Origin: a virus
DNA: 64,000 nt
Virus record (IMG/VR): IMGVR_UViG_3300043540_000321
Location: 32,001-96,000 of that record
Strand: one strand, 5' to 3'
Shown: positions 37,315-47,493 of the stretch, piece by piece
Layout: each line of letters opens with the position of its first letter
Numbering within the stretch: the stretch's first letter is position 1
Position numbers and translations under genes: made by a program
Notes under the pieces: model-generated
Seen by the model: the letters and a program-made list of their open reading frames with translations, nothing else
The model's database searches: none
What the model was told of the DNA's origin: nothing

Positions 37315-38783
37315 CTGTTGTTGCCCTGAACTACCGCTTTACCCGTACAGGTTGTTTTGGTTGTGGTGACCGTATACTCGTTGTTACCCAGGTAAAGAGG
37401 ACCGCCGAACTCAACAAGGGGTAGTGGCTCGATCGAGAGCATAACATCTGGCATTGGGTGAGACATCCATTCCAGAACATCGTGGGGTGAGTAGACCTTG
37501 GTGATGACGGTCGAGAAGTACTGAATAGACCCGGAGCGCCCGGTAACAACGGCTCTTCCGGTGACTTGAGCTGAGAAGGAGTCTGTAGCTATGAAAGTCG
37601 AGTAGCCTATAGCCCTTCCGGTGATGATACCGGTGCCGTAAGCACGAACGATGCCCTTAGCCGAGGTTACCGCTCTTCCAATGACGAGGGCTGGACTCGA
37701 GACAGAACTTCGACCAAACACAACGGCCCGGCCGACAACTTGTGCTCGACCACTGGAATCGCCTCTGCCTGATATGAATGTCTTTCCTTGAGTAGTCGAA
37801 GCATTTGTGAACTTTCGGTTCACATATCCACGACCGCTCACCACCGCCTTCCCGGTGACTTTATCTGGAACGCTCAAGACAAAATCAGCTTCAACCCGAA
37901 GAGGCAAGTTAGAGGACTTCGGAGCGGTAGATGCTGTTGGAAAGGAACTGGACGTTGGTAACTGAGCTGTATTTGAGCTGGAGAGATTAATAAACCAGGT
38001 GTCGTATTTAGACCGGAGAACTTTTAGCAGCCCAGACCCTTGAAGATTAGCCAGGTCTAACTGGGCAGTGACGCCATCTCTCACGAGAAGAAAACTCCAC
38101 CATCCAGATTGGAAAGGTTGAAGATAAATAGTCTGGTCTGACCCTCGGTGAACTGAAACCTGGATGTCTCGGCTGGCTGCGATCGCATCTTTAGAGAGAG
38201 GCTCCGTCCAGGCTCCCGGAACGAATTGGATAATGACCTCGTCAGTCGGCAGAAGATAGCGACAGGACACAAACAGCTCATTGGGAAGACTGAAGCTCAA
38301 CAGGCTGTTGCGCTCAGCCACCCACTGCCCAATGCGTGCCTTAATCTTTTCGGATTCGAGTTGGTTACAGATCCACAAAAGTCCGATCGTCGGTCCCGTA
38401 TCCGTGTAGAAGTGGATATGCAGGAAAGACCCGTGTTGAGCGTTGAATAAGACTTCAACTTCAGCATCGTCATCTCCGAACAGCCCGGTACTTGAAGCTC
38501 GCTGGTATAGATAGCGGAGCTTGTTGTCCATTACGGTGTAGACGGTCCCGGGTCTATATCCAAAGTCGGTCAGCTCAACCGTTGGGTACCATGCCTTAAC
38601 GACAACGACAAACCCAGGAAAGGTGACGAGATACTCCAAATCTGCGTCCGTCAGCAACTGCAGAACATTATTAATATCCCCAAACGCCAGCGATGCTTCC
38701 TGTATGAACGACACCAGACTGACAGGAATTCGCGTAATGTTCGAAATATTCGTCGAAGAGGTGGGTACGAGAGTATCTGTCAT
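37311..38783 (-). CDS. Virion protein with C-terminal degenerate (T/S)GRAVV(S/T)GR repeats
   Basis: TGKAVVSGRG, QGKTFISGRG, SGRAQVVGRAVVFGRS, ITGRAIG, VTGRAVVTGRSG, TGKAVVQG. Confidence 0.55.
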   Translation of the reverse strand: MTDTLVPTSSTNISNITRIPVSLVSFIQEASLAFGDINNVLQLLTDADLEYLVTFPGFVVVVKAWYPTVELTDFGYRPGTVYTVMDNKLRYLYQRASSTGLFGDDDAEVEVLFNAQHGSFLHIHFYTDTGPTIGLLWICNQLESEKIKARIGQWVAERNSLLSFSLPNELFVSCRYLLPTDEVIIQFVPGAWTEPLSKDAIAASRDIQVSVHRGSDQTIYLQPFQSGWWSFLLVRDGVTAQLDLANLQGSGLLKVLRSKYDTWFINLSSSNTAQLPTSSSFPTASTAPKSSNLPLRVEADFVLSVPDKVTGKAVVSGRGYVNRKFTNASTTQGKTFISGRGDSSGRAQVVGRAVVFGRSSVSSPALVIGRAVTSAKGIVRAYGTGIITGRAIGYSTFIATDSFSAQVTGRAVVTGRSGSIQYFSTVITKVYSPHDVLEWMSHPMPDVMLSIEPLPLVEFGGPLYLGNNEYTVTTTKTTCTGKAVVQGNNS

Positions 38784-39730
38784 GTTCCGGGTGCCGAAGT
38801 AGGACTGGATGTCGGTCGACTAACCGACGTGGAAATTGTAAGGGACGGGTAGTTTGTCCCCAAAACCATAGAATTATTTTTAGTTAGAAGTAATTGGATC
38901 TCATAAAAAACGCGGTCGGTGCGAACAAGGAACAGGTCAAATAACTTTATCAGCCCGGTGTATCTCAGCTCCTCGTTATAGTTTGAGGTCAGGCTGCCGA
39001 CATTAATGGTGACGGTCACTTCTCGATTGGCGTTAACAACCTGATCCTGAAATGACTGGGCTGTACTCAGTGCCGAAGGGGTGCGAAGTGCGGGGAAATT
39101 CCCTGGGCTACCGTAGAGAACACTGTCTGGAGAAGTCGGCGTAGACCCCTCAGTACCGACGAACAAACCGACCAGGGTCAGGAGGGTATCTTCTATGCCG
39201 AGCGGCTGATAAACCGGGAAACTTCCTGGAATCATAAACCGTTTCAAGTTCATCTGCTGCTTTATTGATATCCCCGGTCTGACTCGCGGGACATCTCTGA
39301 TGATATGAGCCCTAAAGTTTGTCTCGATCGCGGGTAACAGGCTGAAGTAATAGGTCTGAGGTGTCCCGGTTGAATCGACATACGCGACACTGAAACCGGT
39401 GGATTTGTTGAAGCTAAGACCGGGGTCGAGAACCTGTCCGTTAGTCGTTGAGACAGGATAAGGAGTGAGCTCTGCTGATGGATTCTTGTAGAGGGATAGC
39501 GCGGAACCAAGTCCGAGAGGGCCGGCTGCTGGAAACCAGGTCGGACTGTAGGGGGCTGGTTTAACAATCTGCTGTGTGACCGTATTTGCAGACAGCCCAG
39601 ATGTCCCAGACGTTGGTTTAGGAACCAAGTCAGCCTGCTGAAGCTCGCTCACGATAGTACTGAGAGGGAGCGAAGACTGCCCTCCCAGGTAACCATACAG
39701 CACTGAAGCTATCTGAGCGATATCCGACAT
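38780..39730 (-). CDS. Baseplate-region structural protein (possible tube-initiator-like)
   Basis: Position in the baseplate cluster; S/T/P-rich; assignment weak. Confidence 0.35.
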   Translation of the reverse strand: MSDIAQIASVLYGYLGGQSSLPLSTIVSELQQADLVPKPTSGTSGLSANTVTQQIVKPAPYSPTWFPAAGPLGLGSALSLYKNPSAELTPYPVSTTNGQVLDPGLSFNKSTGFSVAYVDSTGTPQTYYFSLLPAIETNFRAHIIRDVPRVRPGISIKQQMNLKRFMIPGSFPVYQPLGIEDTLLTLVGLFVGTEGSTPTSPDSVLYGSPGNFPALRTPSALSTAQSFQDQVVNANREVTVTINVGSLTSNYNEELRYTGLIKLFDLFLVRTDRVFYEIQLLLTKNNSMVLGTNYPSLTISTSVSRPTSSPTSAPGT

Positions 39731-39731
39731 T

Positions 39732-40277
39732 TCAATACTCCCGAATCATTTGAATGACGTGGTCCGAGTTTCCAGTAAATGTAACTGGAGAGTGGACGCT
39801 TATCCTCTCTACGAAATAAGAGGTGACATTTGCGGGCGCAACAAAGACTCCCGGACCTAGATTGGGCAAGTTGATGCCGACGATATTCAAGTCAGAGCAG
39901 AGCGCTCGAATTCGATAACTGCTACCTGGAGTAATATTCGTACTGCGAATAACGGTCTCCAGGAACACGGTGTTGGCCTTTGCGCTGACCAGGCTGTTGT
40001 AAGAAGACTGATAATCTATTGAAGTGAATCGTCCAGACGCCGTGTAGATCAAACCGCTTGCGTCGGGGTAGACCAAAGCGCAGGTATGCACATACCAGAA
40101 TCCTAAGATCTCCGGTATTTGATTGACGGAGGGAGGCGGGTAGGGCGGGCTGTTGTCATCCGGCCAAGCAGAAGTCTTCCCGATAGCGACCCAGTACCCA
40201 GTTGGAGAGGAGTAGTATCTCTTCACAAAGTCTGAGGCTGTCCGGCAACGCGCTTGGATTGTGGTAACTTCTGCCAT
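39732..40277 (-). CDS. Baseplate wedge protein (T4 gp8-like N-terminal motif)
   Basis: YWVAIGKTSAWPDDNSPPYP matches the Y..IG+..W.de..PP.P pattern of myovirus baseplate proteins. Confidence 0.55.
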   Translation of the reverse strand: MAEVTTIQARCRTASDFVKRYYSSPTGYWVAIGKTSAWPDDNSPPYPPPSVNQIPEILGFWYVHTCALVYPDASGLIYTASGRFTSIDYQSSYNSLVSAKANTVFLETVIRSTNITPGSSYRIRALCSDLNIVGINLPNLGPGVFVAPANVTSYFVERISVHSPVTFTGNSDHVIQMIREY

Positions 40278-40279
40278 AG

Positions 40280-42706
40280 CTAGGGTCTCAAGGGTAGGAA
40301 ATAACTTCTACTTGATAGGGTCTCCGCGCTCGTAAGGACGACGGTGTAGTTCAGACCCACACCAGCCGGCACAAATTCTTTGAAGAGTTGGTCCACCTCC
40401 GGTGCGGTCTCCCTGGCATAAATGGTTAGAGTCGATAGAGGACTATTGGCAACAGAGACTTCCTTTGTAGAGGACAACGGCAGGAGTGTTGGGTATCGGA
40501 TAGCCGGGATGGTCAATTGAACCCCATCGGTCGAGAGGGCGGTATGATCATCTGGTGAGTTGTTCCAGGTAACTGGACTGGAAGACCCAGACCTGTAAGA
40601 AAGAATTTGAGGGTCGAGGATCTCAATATCGGTCACGCCATAGAGACTGGCTGCCGAGTACAAACCCTCTAATGTGCTGCCCACTGTCGATATACGTCGG
40701 ATCAATAGAGCGGTCGAGAAGTCGTCGGACTGGAACGGGTCACGAGAAAGTCCATAGAGGGCTAACCATTGGTCGACCGCCCAACCCTGCGAGGTGTGGA
40801 TAGTCAGGCTGTCGTTTGCCATCGCGTACATCAGGTACCAGCCAAAGGTGGAGTGCGCGATGGCATAGAACAAAGAGCCAATACGCCCGGTGTAGGCATA
40901 CAAATCTTCTACTCCAGGCCAGCGATAGCCAAATGGGAACATTCGACAGCACTCCAGATAGACAAAAGTGCTGAATGAGAGGGCATCGTAGGCGTGCAGA
41001 TTGAACATGGGTTTAATAAAAATATCTGCATCGGGTATCGAGAGCAAGGACATCCAGAATGTAGGGACCAGTTCAGGAGCTAACCCGGAGCTGGTCTGGA
41101 AGTAATACAGAGATGGAAGGGTGCTACTCCAACTAATAAAGTGGTTGCTCACCGTTCGAGTTGGCGTAGTGATTTTCCTTTGGTCCGCCAGGAGTAAAAC
41201 GTAGAGCCACAAACCCCGAATGAAATCGTTAGTCTGGGTTGCTGTAACGCTTGCTGTGACCTGGTTGATTAGACTCGGTAGCGTGTCTGTCTCTACTCCA
41301 TAGACCAGGTTCCAGAGCAATTTGTAGAGAGAAGGCATTTGATAAGGCGAAGGGTACAGCTCCTCCTCGTCCAGACTTCGAATTCTCGATGAGGCGATGT
41401 AAAGCTTTGCGGCTGCCTCATGGACATTCTGGTCGTAACTTATGGACAAATAGCGATGGAGAAACAGACTGGAAACGATCGTCGCGGATAGGTCAAGGTC
41501 GGTCAGGCAGTTGCCGGCCGAGTCGAACCCGGTGTAGGTTGCCCAGGTCGTTGGGTCAACAGACAACTGAACAACCCCAGCCAATTGCTTAAGAAGACTA
41601 TCTATACCGGCGGGAAGACTCTGAATCTGAGTAGCTGGGCGGTCTCGTAAATTCTGAACCGCATGGACCACGGCCAGACCCAGCCAGGCATTAGCCAACG
41701 TATCTCGTGCATTCGACAGACTGAAGGTCGTGTCTGCTCTATTTAATAAAGTCGGCAGTCCGATCGGAGCGTTTTGCTTGTCGAGCTGCTGCCGGATAAA
41801 ACACAGCTCCCTCAAGATGGACTTAACCAACTCATCTTCACCGAGCTCGCAGAGGGACAGGATGGTCAAGGATGTCTCGATAAGGTGTGCCGTTCCCATT
41901 GTGAAAGGGTCAAGGCGCGAGGCGGGCAAATACCCCCGAGAACCATCTGGTATCCACAATTGAGAAATGGCTGAGTTATTCAGATTCCAGGTAACCGTAG
42001 TGCAGCCTTGAGGAACGTCTTCGAACGTTAACTGATAATCGGTTCCCGAAGCTTGCACCTCATCAACTACTGTCGAGGTGTTATTAAAATACGCTAGAGT
42101 TCGGTCCGCCGTAAGATGGAGTCCAGATAAGTCCTGAGGAAAAGTAGTGGAGTCCACCGTAACATCCTGATCAGCCGTGAGCGCTCGAAATATTGTTCCG
42201 CCTGTGCCCACCTGGTTGTAAGTCGTCGGGTCTACCCACCAGGGAATCTGAACAACCTGAACTGTTTTAATGTTCTGATCTGGATACGGTCCGGTCGGGA
42301 CGGTCTCCATACTAACGGAGGGGTAAGTATTCGACCAGACGACTTGAGTCAGGCTGTAAGTGAAGCTCGCCTGCAGGGCAGGATAGGATGCCAGAACAGG
42401 TGTTGAAAAAGTTGAGTTGTAGCCATGAATGGGTTGGGTGATGGCGTCTGCGGTACCTGCAAATGCCGAGATAGAAAAGGTAGCCGACGCATCAAGTAGA
42501 GTAACACCCGTTGGAATTGAGATGCTAATAGTACCCGGAGCCTGGTTCCCGGTAATCAAAAATGAGAGATTGTTCTCCTGGTGACTTTCTGGCCTCAGCC
42601 AGTTGTTTGCAGGTTCGATGTTCTCAATCCAGTAAACGATGTCTGTCCCAGAGCAGTACTGCGCCAGGTGCGAAAGGAAGAAAGTGTAAGGCTTTGAGAC
42701 AGGCAT
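40280..42706 (-). CDS. Baseplate wedge protein (P2 gpI / T4 gp7-like C-terminus) with large N-terminal and helical insert domains
   Basis: C-term SQGWAVDQWLALYGLSRDPFQSDD...GSTLEGL...FVPAGVG; directly follows the baseplate J gene. Confidence 0.55.
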   Translation of the reverse strand: MPVSKPYTFFLSHLAQYCSGTDIVYWIENIEPANNWLRPESHQENNLSFLITGNQAPGTISISIPTGVTLLDASATFSISAFAGTADAITQPIHGYNSTFSTPVLASYPALQASFTYSLTQVVWSNTYPSVSMETVPTGPYPDQNIKTVQVVQIPWWVDPTTYNQVGTGGTIFRALTADQDVTVDSTTFPQDLSGLHLTADRTLAYFNNTSTVVDEVQASGTDYQLTFEDVPQGCTTVTWNLNNSAISQLWIPDGSRGYLPASRLDPFTMGTAHLIETSLTILSLCELGEDELVKSILRELCFIRQQLDKQNAPIGLPTLLNRADTTFSLSNARDTLANAWLGLAVVHAVQNLRDRPATQIQSLPAGIDSLLKQLAGVVQLSVDPTTWATYTGFDSAGNCLTDLDLSATIVSSLFLHRYLSISYDQNVHEAAAKLYIASSRIRSLDEEELYPSPYQMPSLYKLLWNLVYGVETDTLPSLINQVTASVTATQTNDFIRGLWLYVLLLADQRKITTPTRTVSNHFISWSSTLPSLYYFQTSSGLAPELVPTFWMSLLSIPDADIFIKPMFNLHAYDALSFSTFVYLECCRMFPFGYRWPGVEDLYAYTGRIGSLFYAIAHSTFGWYLMYAMANDSLTIHTSQGWAVDQWLALYGLSRDPFQSDDFSTALLIRRISTVGSTLEGLYSAASLYGVTDIEILDPQILSYRSGSSSPVTWNNSPDDHTALSTDGVQLTIPAIRYPTLLPLSSTKEVSVANSPLSTLTIYARETAPEVDQLFKEFVPAGVGLNYTVVLTSAETLSSRSYFLPLRP

Positions 42707-42712
42707 AGAACG

Positions 42713-43816
42713 TTAAACAGTGTCATAAGTAATCCAGGCGTTCTCGGTTCGAACGACTCCTGTTGAGTTCGGAGTAACAACGGCTGAAGGGGATAAAACA
42801 CTCAGACTGATGACATTCGAACTGACGGAGCTAAGAGACTGGAGATAACTCTGAAGTAGAGCGGGCGTAAGAGGTTGACCCAGACCTAACGTCATCAAGT
42901 AAGTGTGAATCTGCGCGATCAAGGTATCGGTTAATGCTTGCAGGTCAACCCCATTTTTGGGTTTGCAATAGATGTTGACATCTGTGTAAGTCCGAGTCGC
43001 CTGGTAGACCGAAATAAGAACTCCAGCCGGTTTAACATTGGCTGCGATCGCTAGAAGGCTAGAAAGTTCGGTTGAGAGTAGAGTTGACTCACTATCAACC
43101 CATACTTCTATCACCCCGGGAGAAGGAACTCTCAAAGCGGCCCACTCCACACTGGACTGAGCTAGGATAGCTGCCTTGATCGCTTGATCGCTGCACGAGC
43201 CCTTCGCCTGAATGAATTGTAGAATCCGCGCTCTGAAGAGAGCGTCACTCTCCGGCTGCAGCCCGCCGGTCAGGTCTCCGCAGTAAGCTCCGGCTGTCGT
43301 GCGGTGAGTCCCTACAACAAAACTCCCCTGAGGGAAGGTCGGAGATATCAAGGAAGTTCCGGCCTGAAAGTTCGCCAATTCAGTAGGTAGGAGAGCCTGG
43401 ACTGGAACAGCGGTCTGAGCGACAGATGAGATAGAGTACCCGGTGATTCCTGTTCCCTGAACCTGAACCTGAAGTCCAGAACTGGGTTCAGTTAAGACCA
43501 CTCCGGGGTTAAGAACAAACCCATCCTTGAGACTCTGCGCCAGTACGGAGCCTGTGGCATAAGTTCCCGTTTTCCGAACCAGCGATGGGTCCAGGTCAGC
43601 CGCCCGTTGGTCCAAGGTAGAACCCTGTGCGGTTTGCAGAAACATGCCGCTGGTCAGATTTAATAAATTCTGGTCCTCCGCAACTTGCCCTGCTGCAAAG
43701 GACCGGATGAGTGCTGTGAAGATAGACCCCTCAGAGAGGTCTGCCGGAATACCGCTCTGAGCCAGAAATGTTGTTATGACAGATTCAATCGTCGCGAGAT
43801 CTCGAGAGATAAACAT
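42713..43816 (-). CDS. Baseplate J-like protein (P2 gpJ / Mu gp47 / T4 gp6)
   Basis: DLSEGSIFTALIR, TAQGSTLDQRA...RK...ATG, GGLQPESDALFRARI, PGVIEVWV, KPAGV. Confidence 0.9.
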   Translation of the reverse strand: MFISRDLATIESVITTFLAQSGIPADLSEGSIFTALIRSFAAGQVAEDQNLLNLTSGMFLQTAQGSTLDQRAADLDPSLVRKTGTYATGSVLAQSLKDGFVLNPGVVLTEPSSGLQVQVQGTGITGYSISSVAQTAVPVQALLPTELANFQAGTSLISPTFPQGSFVVGTHRTTAGAYCGDLTGGLQPESDALFRARILQFIQAKGSCSDQAIKAAILAQSSVEWAALRVPSPGVIEVWVDSESTLLSTELSSLLAIAANVKPAGVLISVYQATRTYTDVNIYCKPKNGVDLQALTDTLIAQIHTYLMTLGLGQPLTPALLQSYLQSLSSVSSNVISLSVLSPSAVVTPNSTGVVRTENAWITYDTV

Positions 43817-43821
43817 CGGAG

Positions 43822-44220
43822 CTAATTAGGGAGTGTGAATTGAACCTGCTGCGTTTCAGAACTCGACCCGTTAATTCGATAGGCAACAGAAACACCGACC
43901 TGCTGAGAGGAAAGATCGCTTGAAGCTTGAACAGAAGAGACTGTGACTCGACTCTCACCAGCCGCACAATCAGCAATAGCCTGGCGCACACCTTCAATGT
44001 TGACGGGTACGAGCGGAGCGCTGAGATAGTCATAGACCTTGTCCCCGTAGCTCCCTCCTGTCAGCTCTAGACCCGCAGGCCCTCTTACCCAACGAGCATA
44101 CCCATTTACAGGTGTTGAAAGACGACGGAGCAATGCCTCCTGAATCATTGCATCGTCAGCGATCGTAGAGAAGTCTAGGCTCTCCTTACTCTGTACACCT
44201 AAGTAAATGTCTTCTGTCAT
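43822..44220 (-). CDS. gp25/GPW-like baseplate wedge (sheath initiator) protein
   Basis: QEALLRRLSTPVNG...YGDKVYDYLSAP...IADC...ESRVTVSSV; ATG(44220) forms an ATGA overlap with the upstream gene. Confidence 0.8.
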   Translation of the reverse strand: MTEDIYLGVQSKESLDFSTIADDAMIQEALLRRLSTPVNGYARWVRGPAGLELTGGSYGDKVYDYLSAPLVPVNIEGVRQAIADCAAGESRVTVSSVQASSDLSSQQVGVSVAYRINGSSSETQQVQFTLPN

Positions 44221-44855
44221 AACAAGTTGAGCGGAGACGTGGAGTCTGGTAGGTACCCCCACGATAAGGTCGGAGACGGTGCGGATAGTGACCAGAAACA
44301 CTGGTCGGTCGCTTTGACTGAAGCGTAGTTCTGATCGATCGAGATTGCGACCAGGTTGTACTGACCAGCCGCCCATTGACCAGAATGGCTGAAGTGGACT
44401 TCCCCAGGGTTAACTGTGTCTCGACCTTGAACAATCAGTGTCGAATCACTCCCATCAGGAGAGTAGTAGAGTTTCCATCGAACGAACCCAATGGGCTGAC
44501 CTACGCGACAGAGAACGGACAGAGCGCAGAAGTCGGAGGATGTAAAGGCGATCGTCGAGACTACAGTGGAGTCAGCAATAAGAGGATTCCAGGCTCGACT
44601 CACAGTAGCGTATGCCGGTGTCCCGCTCAACGCAGTTAGTCGAAAAGTTGTTAGCTGACTCGTTGAGGATAAGACAATCCCCTTGCCGACGGCGTTGTCT
44701 TTAGCATCGAAGAGATTAACCTGCAACCCTGCCTTTGGAGGTTCTAAGGGAACAAAAGTCCAGATGTTGCCTTTCTGCGACTGGACTGGCGTGCGGTCTG
44801 GATAAATGCTGGATGAGGTTATAGTCTGAGCACTAACGGGTAAAAATCGATTCAT
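44217..44855 (-). CDS. Hypothetical beta-rich baseplate-region protein (212 aa)
   Basis: Coupled ORF in the baseplate cluster. Confidence 0.5.
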   Translation of the reverse strand: MNRFLPVSAQTITSSSIYPDRTPVQSQKGNIWTFVPLEPPKAGLQVNLFDAKDNAVGKGIVLSSTSQLTTFRLTALSGTPAYATVSRAWNPLIADSTVVSTIAFTSSDFCALSVLCRVGQPIGFVRWKLYYSPDGSDSTLIVQGRDTVNPGEVHFSHSGQWAAGQYNLVAISIDQNYASVKATDQCFWSLSAPSPTLSWGYLPDSTSPLNLL

Positions 44856-46348
44856 CGAGATCCTCCTGTCAAAAACGTCCCCAAGTTTTGTGACCCAGCC
44901 TTCGGGTCGGGGACTGAGGGGGTAAGAGGAGAGACCTGACTCGCTGGTTGTGGGGTGACAGGGCTGGTCTTAGGATATGGAGCGACATCTGTCATCGCCT
45001 GGATTGTCTGTGGGGTCATGCTCAAAGGAGTTGGTGGGGTCACCGTTGTCACCGTCGACTGTCGTGGACCACAATTAATAAAAGTTGGGCTGCCTCGAAG
45101 AATCAGGACACTAGAAGACGCCAGGCTCACAGAGGTACCTGTTCCAATGACGGGACCTCCAGACGAGAACCCAACGCCTGTGTCCGAAAAGAGGTTGATA
45201 GACCCACCCACACCACTGATATTGACGGGGCCAGAAAGACAGGCGAGATTTAAGGCTATCGTTTTAGCGACTACATCCGTATTAAGAGCAGAAGTTGTCG
45301 CTAAGCGACCCAGGTTCGTTTGAAATAAGGCATCCTTCTGAATATTGGCAGACAGCGTGCCGTAGTTCGTCGCGGAGTTACTTCGAGTTGGATGAAGAGG
45401 AGTCGCACTGGCCTGCCCAACCTGGAGGTTGAGCACATCCGAGTAAAGATTGCAGCTCCCAGTGTTCACAGCCAGATTAGCAGCTGCGATCGCCATCTGG
45501 TCTTGAGAATACAGAGAGAGATTACCGCCCATCGCCACCCACTGGTCTTCAGCTCGAGTGAAATGGTGCTGGAAACTTCCCTGATAGAGGTCAGCCGTTG
45601 TGTGATTGAACCTCGTCTGAGTCACTATCTGCTGAGAGCTGAACAAAGTCGCCGGAGAGTTGACTGAGAAGATAGAGGCTGTGTTGAACCGAGCCTGCCC
45701 TACGTTATGCTGGTGAACTGCATTATTGTTCACAACCGTGTTCCCATAGGCATAATCTGCTTGCAGGGCTCGAGTCGTATCGGTCACCATCTTGCCGGCC
45801 TCGTTTAAGAGGGAGACATAACGACCAATCCCGGTACGAACTGAGGTTGGCATCAGTTGCAGTAACGTATTGACCTCCGAGTTCGCAACGCTCTTGTCTG
45901 AGTGAACCAGTTGAAGGACTTTGATGACCCAGGACTCTAAGGTGTTGACCTGTTTCACCAAAGACCCCAATAAACTTTGGATGGCATTCGACGGAGTGCT
46001 GTTATGTAGGCTGGCTGAGTTAGGTGAGGGCAGCCCCAAACTGGCGTAGATAGCCGGGCCTGATGACCCCGTCGGCATGAGGCTAGATGGAAAAAGGTCT
46101 ATGCTCTCCTCGGTGTAGTAAGACCGGTACATCTCAGTCACGATCGTGACAGCGGCATCGTGCAGAGGAATCACCCGGATCGAGGGAGACTCTACGGTCG
46201 TTCCTTCTGGGAGCTGGTTCACTTCGACTGTGGATGTCCAGGCCTGAAACCCAACATTCTGAGTCACCTCACCTGAGGTCGTCGGTGGTATAGCCAGAGC
46301 GACATAAGTGGGAGAAATATCTGTGAATCCTGTAGGTGAGTAACTCAA
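44852..46348 (-). CDS. Putative central spike beta-helix protein (gp5/VgrG C-terminal-like)
   Basis: Run of short beta strands ending SSSVLILRGSPTFINCG, resembling spike C-termini (i.i.G..I.lN). Confidence 0.45.
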   Translation of the reverse strand: MSYSPTGFTDISPTYVALAIPPTTSGEVTQNVGFQAWTSTVEVNQLPEGTTVESPSIRVIPLHDAAVTIVTEMYRSYYTEESIDLFPSSLMPTGSSGPAIYASLGLPSPNSASLHNSTPSNAIQSLLGSLVKQVNTLESWVIKVLQLVHSDKSVANSEVNTLLQLMPTSVRTGIGRYVSLLNEAGKMVTDTTRALQADYAYGNTVVNNNAVHQHNVGQARFNTASIFSVNSPATLFSSQQIVTQTRFNHTTADLYQGSFQHHFTRAEDQWVAMGGNLSLYSQDQMAIAAANLAVNTGSCNLYSDVLNLQVGQASATPLHPTRSNSATNYGTLSANIQKDALFQTNLGRLATTSALNTDVVAKTIALNLACLSGPVNISGVGGSINLFSDTGVGFSSGGPVIGTGTSVSLASSSVLILRGSPTFINCGPRQSTVTTVTPPTPLSMTPQTIQAMTDVAPYPKTSPVTPQPASQVSPLTPSVPDPKAGSQNLGTFLTGGSR

Positions 46349-47493
46349 GGCATGAACTCCGACAATCGAGAGGGTCCAACTTTAGGAATAACCGGGTTCT
46401 GGTTGTGCTGCAGAAGCTGAGCAGCCGTTAGAAAGATCCGATAGGACAGACCGCTCGCTTCATACAACGTATTGAAGAGTCCCAGGGCAGCATAGGCGTC
46501 GTAGGCTGTTGACAGAGCTGTAGCTATAGCGGTGCGATCGCTCTCATACACGCCCGCCGTCTGAAACACAACGAACGGGGCGTTAATAATATCGTCCGAA
46601 ACTGTAGATGTTAGGTACTCAGCCGCCGTGAGGAGTCCGTCTAGAGCTAAGGCTTGATAGATCAAAGGAACACCGGCTGGAGGACACAGGGCGAGCCCAT
46701 TATTAATAATCTGCTGCGCGGTAGGTAGCCCGACCAGTTTGTATTGAGCCGCCGCTGTTGAGTTGGTATAGACCGTCAACACTTCAATCAATTCATCCGT
46801 AATCTCTCCGAGGACTAGACGTTGGAACAGCATCTGCCAATCATCTGGGACGACCAGAGACTGGTTGAACAATCGAGCTAAATCAGGAGCTGTTGAGTTT
46901 AGGGTTCCGGCGGCCAGACCATTCAATAGAGCGGTGTAGGTGATTGCCAGAGGGGGAGACACTTGAAGTTTATTAAAAACCGCTCTCTGCTTGCCTGCTG
47001 GGGTCAGAGTGGCATCAATGCCCAGGTCAGCCCAAAAGTAATTGAGAGCCTTGCGAAGGACCTGAGTGACATAGAGTCCGTTACCGCCGTCGGAGTGGGT
47101 ATACATCGAAAAGGCAACTGACCCACACAACCCATAGAAACCGTTGCCCGGAGCACTCACACTTGGCCAAAAATTCGCGCCGTAAGTTGTCCAATATCTT
47201 TGAGCTGTCGTAGTTAACTCAGTGTAAGTGGAGTCTCGCGTTTGAGTGCAGCGTATTGCAGCCGCGATCGCCAGGGAAAGAATCAGGTCTCTGTAGGCCA
47301 GAACGGTATAGCTACTCTGTTGATAGGAAGAAAAATATTCTAAGTAAAGTTGAACCATTCTCGCCCGACCTTGCAGCAAGGTTCGCGCTGAGGTTTTTTG
47401 TACAAAAAATGTAGAAGGGTCCTCTACCCCAAATCGATAAACGTTCGGGTCGTATCCCAGGGTAAGAGCAAAAGGTCCGAGAGTATCAGTCAT
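46345..47493 (-). CDS. Hypothetical helical virion protein (382 aa)
   Basis: Coupled ORF between the OB-fold spike gene and the beta-helix gene. Confidence 0.5.
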   Translation of the reverse strand: MTDTLGPFALTLGYDPNVYRFGVEDPSTFFVQKTSARTLLQGRARMVQLYLEYFSSYQQSSYTVLAYRDLILSLAIAAAIRCTQTRDSTYTELTTTAQRYWTTYGANFWPSVSAPGNGFYGLCGSVAFSMYTHSDGGNGLYVTQVLRKALNYFWADLGIDATLTPAGKQRAVFNKLQVSPPLAITYTALLNGLAAGTLNSTAPDLARLFNQSLVVPDDWQMLFQRLVLGEITDELIEVLTVYTNSTAAAQYKLVGLPTAQQIINNGLALCPPAGVPLIYQALALDGLLTAAEYLTSTVSDDIINAPFVVFQTAGVYESDRTAIATALSTAYDAYAALGLFNTLYEASGLSYRIFLTAAQLLQHNQNPVIPKVGPSRLSEFMP

